From positions 30,348,268 to 30,393,333 of the forward strand of contig NC_068992.1 in the NCBI RefSeq assembly GCF_001194135.2: a stretch of 45,066 nucleotides of DNA, written 5' to 3'. A model generated the notes under the pieces. That model did not search any database. It saw nothing but the letters and a program-made list of their open reading frames with translations, and was not told the DNA's origin. The translations under genes and the position numbers were made by a program. Position 1 is the stretch's first letter. Every line of letters begins with the position of its first letter. Shown here piece by piece: positions 38,756-45,066 of the stretch. The stretch comes from Octopus bimaculoides. Lineage: Eukaryota.

Positions 38756-41700
38756 GCACACACATGCACATCCTTCATTCTATAATAAAACACTGCCAAA
38801 TAATTCTCTTAAATTTTACAAAAACCATAATGAGACACATTTAGTTACGCATTTTAACCTAAGTAATGCCAAAAGGAATGTCATTTTTACAACTAAAACG
38901 TTTTGCTATTATGTTCTCTGAACGGTATGCTAATATGAGTTCGCCACGCAAGACGTGGAAGAATTGAACAGCACAGAAATTGATTCCACTCGATGAATTT
39001 ATTGTAATTACTGGACTATCAAATTACCCCATAAAATTAGTTATCACTACACAACTGAATCTCAGATACAGGAGAGAAGGTAGCAGGTGTCTGAATGTGT
39101 TGCTTTAATTTCGATTTAGAATAATCAATTTCGTTAAACTTGAATAGGATATCAGCGAATAAATGTCAAAATTGTTTCTCATGAATATATATCTCCATGG
39201 TTTGCAGCCTACCGATTTCGAATATTAGCCTGGAAGTTAACGAATGATTTGTTAAAAAAATAGCTCCTATTCATTTTTCCGGCTGATATTACATATACCA
39301 TATAGTAAATTGATGGAATGTATCTAATGAACAGGTATATTAAACAGATGTCAATCTTTTCGCGAGCCTACCTAATCTTAGCTTATTTAACATTCACAGT
39401 TAGTCTTGAAAGTGAAAATATGTCGAGAAAAGTCCCCTACATCTGTAATATCGAAGCATTAACGAAGCATTTAATACATTTGGTCAACAGTATTACCCTT
39501 CAGATCAGAAGGGAATGTTACGTTCTGGGCTGTTTAAAATTTGTCTTTCATTTCTGTAAAGATTGCATAAGTGTGTAAAGGATTTCAGGTTTATATCGAT
39601 TCTCGGCTTCTTTGTCAATATAGAAGTACCATACTTTAGTCATTAATAGCATTACTTGCCAATAAGGCTTAATTTCACGTTTCAAATCCCCATTTCTCAC
39701 TACATTACGTTAAAAAAATAAATTTTATGGAATTAGGAAGCGCAGTATAACCTTTACTCTACGTCTCATGTTACCTCCCTGTTATTGAATAGGCGTTTCA
39801 TTAGAATTTCTGAATACGCATCTAATGCATTTCTGACAAGTTTGAGATTCATGCAATTCTCAGAGCAGTTTCTTATTATACATTGCATCAACTAAATTTG
39901 TAATATTATGTAAATTCGTACTGTAAATGTTCTTCACCTATATGGCTAAACACCAGTTTCTATTTATCAAATTGTTCGTGGATCTGTAATTTTCATATTT
40001 AAGGGTGGGTATGCTTCTAATATTATTACCGAACTGGTGATGTATCAATATCCAACATTCTTTATTTGCTGAAACATTATACCATATATTGAATATCTAC
40101 ACAAACCATCTACTTAGATATTATTAAACTTTTCTAATTTTAATTCCTTTGTCATATGTAGATGTTACAGAATAATGTAGGAACGATAACTAATGCTTTC
40201 TCTTTATGGTGCTCGCATCAAGCTTTCATACTAATTATGGCCCAGCTATTGTAACAAAAAAGTCTTTCGGTACAAAGTCAAAAAGAACAGCACAAAACAT
40301 AGCTGTATGTATCTTTATTGTGAAGAAGCGAAATAATATTTCACCACACCATGACTTATGCAGCGTATGTCATTGTCATTTTCTTTTATATGAAAATGAA
40401 GCCATGTTTGAATCTAATTCAACAGATGTATCGCAAACATAAATTAAATTTAGCATGAACCTGGAATAAAACGCTATCAAATGTTTAATCCTGGAGATAA
40501 AATATTGGCTGCCAGTTCTTGACATTCAAAATTTGGAATTTGAAGTCGAAAATAGAACAAAAATAGAATTTCTGATATAAACTATAGAGTGCTTTGATAT
40601 AAAGAAGGCATCACATGTTCTATTTAATTGTTAGCTATACCAGTATGTCATGCGGTAAGAAATTTAGAGCTTCGAAGTTTTTGTTGAAAAGTATGTATCC
40701 TGGCAATAGGATGTCTGCATATAGAGCTTTCGATATATATTATCAATGGCGTCAGAATTGTACAATTGATTAAGTGAATATTGTTTTAAATATATTATCC
40801 GTAAAAGTCTGCAATTCACCTTCACTTGTCGGAAAAGTTGCTTTATATGCAAACATTCATTGGCGGACAGTCGTAAATAAATCTCATTCATTTAAAATGC
40901 TTCTTTTGAATAGCCTTGTATCACCTGCCCAATCCACATACTACATATTTTTGTCAAAATAACATATATGTTAATTTGTGTTCCTGTTTATTCAGTCACG
41001 AATCAGGGCCATTCTCATCGCTTACACAAGGGGGAGTAAATTTCCTAGAATGCGACAGATAATATTCACTTTAAAATTTTGTAGGTCGATGGTTGAATAA
41101 AATATATATGCTTGCATGGAATTTCATTTGACACGTAGTTCAAAGAATAAAGTCCTGCTCAGAAGGTTTAACGCAATATATTTATGTGGTCCATAAATTA
41201 TGAGTGACAAGAAGGGCACTCTGACTTTTGGGATTGTCCGAAAACAAGATGTAGGTGTATAATGAACTATGCTGGGCTTTAGCCCATGGAGTGCAGTGAA
41301 AAATCCAGCGACATAAAGAGTTATTCTGTGATGTAAGGATTGGTGTGCTGGTGTAAGTGTCTTTTTTTTTGAAGCTGATGAACTGTTTTTCATTATATGA
41401 GAAGCAGGACTAAATGCGTTTAAACATCAGGAAATTGTGAATGGGTCAATCTGAACAAGGTTGGTGGTTCAGAGATATTAATCAATGACGTATTTGCTGG
41501 GTCTACATAGATAGTCATGATGTTGTATATTTTTGATGCTTTGGATGTTCAATCTGGAGAATTAGTTTTCATTGGTTCTAAAGCTAGCATTTAAAACAGT
41601 CATTTGACTTCACGTTGAGGAAACATTTTGGCTAAACTGTTGGTGAGGGGTGATCATATCATATATGACACGTATGTATGTATTCGTAACTAGTAAAATG

Positions 41701-42473
41701 TAGATCTAATTTCCAGTTAAGTACATATAGATACACAAATAAAATTCGATATGTATATGTATGTAGATACATAAAAATGCACACAGATAGAGAGTCTGCC
41801 ACAGGCATTGGCACTAAAACTGCCAGCTTTATATCTTTCACCGAAAGAAAAGTTGATACATCAACAAAGTGCACATTATACTCAACATTATAACCTATAG
41901 AATATATAAAAACTCTTACGAAATTTTGTAGTTGTTTAGTTTCGAATTTCGGTAAATATTTATACTACAATTCACCGATTTTATTTCCTAATTCCTATCA
42001 TTTCCTGCAGAAGAAACGTTAACAACACTAACATAAATTAGAAAATGACAAATTCTTCCAGGACTCAAAAATGGAAATTGGAGTCAAGAAAACGGTAGTG
42101 ACGGAAGAAAAAGGTGTGGAAGTGATAGACAGAGAAAATATCAGGAAAATCGATATAAAAATATATAGTCAAGATATTTTTGAAGACGAAAAAGATAAAA
42201 ATTGAATTCATTTAGCTTTCTGTTTGGAATTTCTATTAACTATGTTACATTTTCTACCATTTGGCTCTATCAACGCACATAATACAATTTATCTTGAAGA
42301 ATGATCCACACTGAACTTTATAATAATCGTTATCAAATGTTTCTGCGTTTACAAGAGAATAATTTTTTTTATACTTGTGCAGCGAAGAAAAGCATAGCAC
42401 TTCGTTTCATTACTGATTGCGTAACTTCTCTTATTTAAGGTTTCTGATGGACAGACATTCGCACATATATATG

Positions 42474-42506
<33 letters not shown>

Positions 42507-43075
42507 NNNNNNNNNNNNNNNNNNNNNNNNNNNNNNNNNNNNNNNNNNNNNNNNNNNNNNNNNNNNNNNNNNNNNNNNNNNNNNNNNNNNNNNNNNNNNN
42601 NNNNNNNNNNNNNNNNNNNNNNNNNNNNNNNNNNNNNNNNNNNNNNNNNNNNNNNNNNNNNNNNNNNNNNNNNNNNNNNNNNNNNNNNNNNNNNNNNNNN
42701 NNNNNNNNNNNNNNNNNNNNNNNNNNNNNNNNNNNNNNNNNNNNNNNNNNNNNNNNNNNNNNNNNNNNNNNNNNNNNNNNNNNNNNNNNNNNNNNNNNNN
42801 NNNNNNNNNNGACTAAAAGGTAGATTGCTATTTTAAATAAAGTAGTTGGTGCAGCTGCAGAAAAAAAAGTCAGCTAGTACCATAAATATTTTCAAAATAT
42901 TTGAAAAACATTTCTGATCTACTGTCACTGGCCATTAACAAAACCAATTTGATTTAGATATTTAGATATGAATATTATTATTGTGTGAACTTCTGACTGT
43001 CCGATAGCTTCTAACGTCAAATAAAGATATTACTCATTTATATGAAAGCATGTACGCAGTGTTTATGTATGCACG

Positions 43076-43138
<63 letters not shown>
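43076..43138. repeat. (CTAT)n microsatellite
   Basis: Direct. Confidence 0.95.
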
Positions 43139-43696
43139 AATATATTATTAGTCCAACCACACAAAATCTTGTTACTAAAACTAATGCGATAATTCGTTCA
43201 TTCTTCAGGGATCATCGACCCAGCAACTAAACAGGATTAATATACCTTACTACAACATGTAGCATTAAATGCAATAAACTCTTTTCGCTAAATATATGGT
43301 ACCACAGCTTCGTTCATAGAAGGGAAAGCTACTTAATAACATCCTTCGGAGGGCTGGACCTAAGAGCAAAATAAGAAATTGTGTGGTATTTAGAACAATA
43401 ATACCCTGTAAAGCAAGTTTCAGAAATAGAGGCCTATCATTTTCATATCTCTCTAGGCTACTCTTCATACTTGACAAGATATGCTTGTCCTTCCGGCCAG
43501 CTATGCTTCTAGGAGTTTGGTGCTGAATCAAACTACCATTGAATTATATATATATATGTATGCATGTATGTATGTATGTATATCTATCTATCTATATATA
43601 GGGGAGAATGTACGAAAAAAACAACAACAACAGACGAGGACAGGTGGTGTAAACAACAAAAGGATGTATTAGTTTGACGCTCGGGAATACAGAAAG

Positions 43697-43733
43697 TCTT
43701 TAACGTTTCGAGCTACGCTCTTCAACAGAAAGA
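43697..43733 (-). ncRNA. Minimal type I hammerhead ribozyme-like motif (PLE dimer type), CUGUUGA core variant
   Basis: Minus strand TCTTT-CTGTTGA-A-GAGC-gta-GCTC-GAAAC-GTT-AAAGA: perfect 5-bp stem I, 4-bp stem II, palindromic AACGTT stem III, predicted GUU cleavage. Confidence 0.7.
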
Positions 43734-45031
43734 ATACGGAGAAAACAAGGAGAAAAACACGGAGAAAAAAAATTGAATAGTCGCTATATATTTATTTATG
43801 TATCGAAATAGATTTTTTCCTTGGAGTAAAAGACCATGAACTATTAGTCTTCCTTTGTCTTTCCTATCATAAGTAAACATCATATAATATTATACACAAT
43901 CACGTTGTAATTGATCGGATGACAAATGATATAAGAGAAAGAAGTGGAAGTTTGTTGCAGGCATAATATCTCGTGCAATCTGGTAACAACGTTGTTCGAT
44001 ACAATAGAGCAAAAAATGAACTGCTCAAAGAGAAAAGGATTTGTAAACAGTGGAACGGTTCAACGTTGTGTCTGCAGAAGGTGCAATAAAATTCGCATTT
44101 TATTTTCCATTCAGAGGACACAATATATATATATATATATATATATANNNNNNNNNNNNNNNNNNNNNNNNNNNNNNNNNNNNNNNNNNNNNNNNNNNNN
44201 NNNNNNNNNNNNNNNNNNNNNNNNNNNNNNNNNNNNNNNNNNNNNNNNNNNNNNNNNNNNNNNNNNNNNNNNNNNNNNNNNNNNNNNNNNNNNNNNNNNN
44301 NNNNNNNNNNNNNNNNNNNNNNNNNNNNNNNNNNNNNNNNNNNNNNNNNNNNNNNNNNNNNNNNNNNNNNNNNNNNNNNNNNNNNNNNNNNNNNNNNNNN
44401 NNNNNNNNNNNNNNNNNNNNNNNNNNNNNNNNNATATAGATATACATATATATATATATATATGTGCGTGTGTGTATAAATCGTACATACATCCATCGGT
44501 ACGCAGACACGCACGTGCACACACATCACACATATATATAGGTGTGCACTCGGGTGTGTATGCATGCGTACGTACTCTTATATATGCATAGAAATAGTTA
44601 GAGTGGATGAAATGTTATCAACTGCATATATCTGAAAGTGACGTTTTCAAAGGAAAGCAATATTTCACTTGTCAGATTCATATATGTTTTGTTTTGCTTA
44701 CACTAATCTTTATGTACGTATGTCTGTGGACAAAGAATGTATCACGCAATGATAGAATTGATGTGGTAAGCCGAATACGGATTTTAAATACTACCTGTCA
44801 AAATTTAGCAAAATGACGCATACACCTGGAAGAGTCTATGTTATATAGCTTTCTACGCATACGTATATATCAATGATCATATGTATACATACATATAATT
44901 GCAATTATAGACATGCGTACATATACATATATGAATGCACCCTTGTCTATGTATGTATACATGTATCTGTGTATCGATCTATTTATTAGGCTATCGGTCT
45001 CTCACTCTGTCTCTGTCTCTGTATGCCTGTC

Positions 45032-45066
<35 letters not shown>

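Noticed and set aside
43265-43531. LINE endonuclease-like peptide in an alternative minus frame
   Set aside because: Similarity is too weak and the frame has many stops.

Overview
Eukaryotic, AT-rich, microsatellite-saturated scaffold with nine N-gaps. The SINE families and the repeat landscape look cephalopod (Octopus-like); this is inferred from recognised motifs, not a database search. No intact protein-coding gene can be supported. Nearly all ORFs in the supplied track are translations of (TA)n/(CA)n/(TATG)n repeats or N-gaps. The interpretable content is a transposon graveyard: four SINE types (a tRNA-headed CORE/Meta-like family, a CORE-like family with an internal microsatellite, a Nin/Deu-like family, and a tRNA-headed element with a Penelope-type tail), two CR1-type LINE 3' ends, one Tx1/L1-type LINE 3' end, an internally deleted Helitron, a palindromic MITE-like element, and 4-5 decayed Penelope-like element (PLE) coding fragments (RT and GIY-YIG). 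The most interesting signal is three unrelated loci carrying minimal, dimer-type hammerhead ribozyme (HHR) motifs (about 20.7, 35.6 and 43.7 kb). The 35.3-35.7 kb locus joins a tRNA-derived Pol III head to an HHR tail and has an inverted second copy of that tail. It is a candidate Penelope-mobilised, ribozyme-bearing SINE. One weak candidate exon lies at about 20.3 kb.
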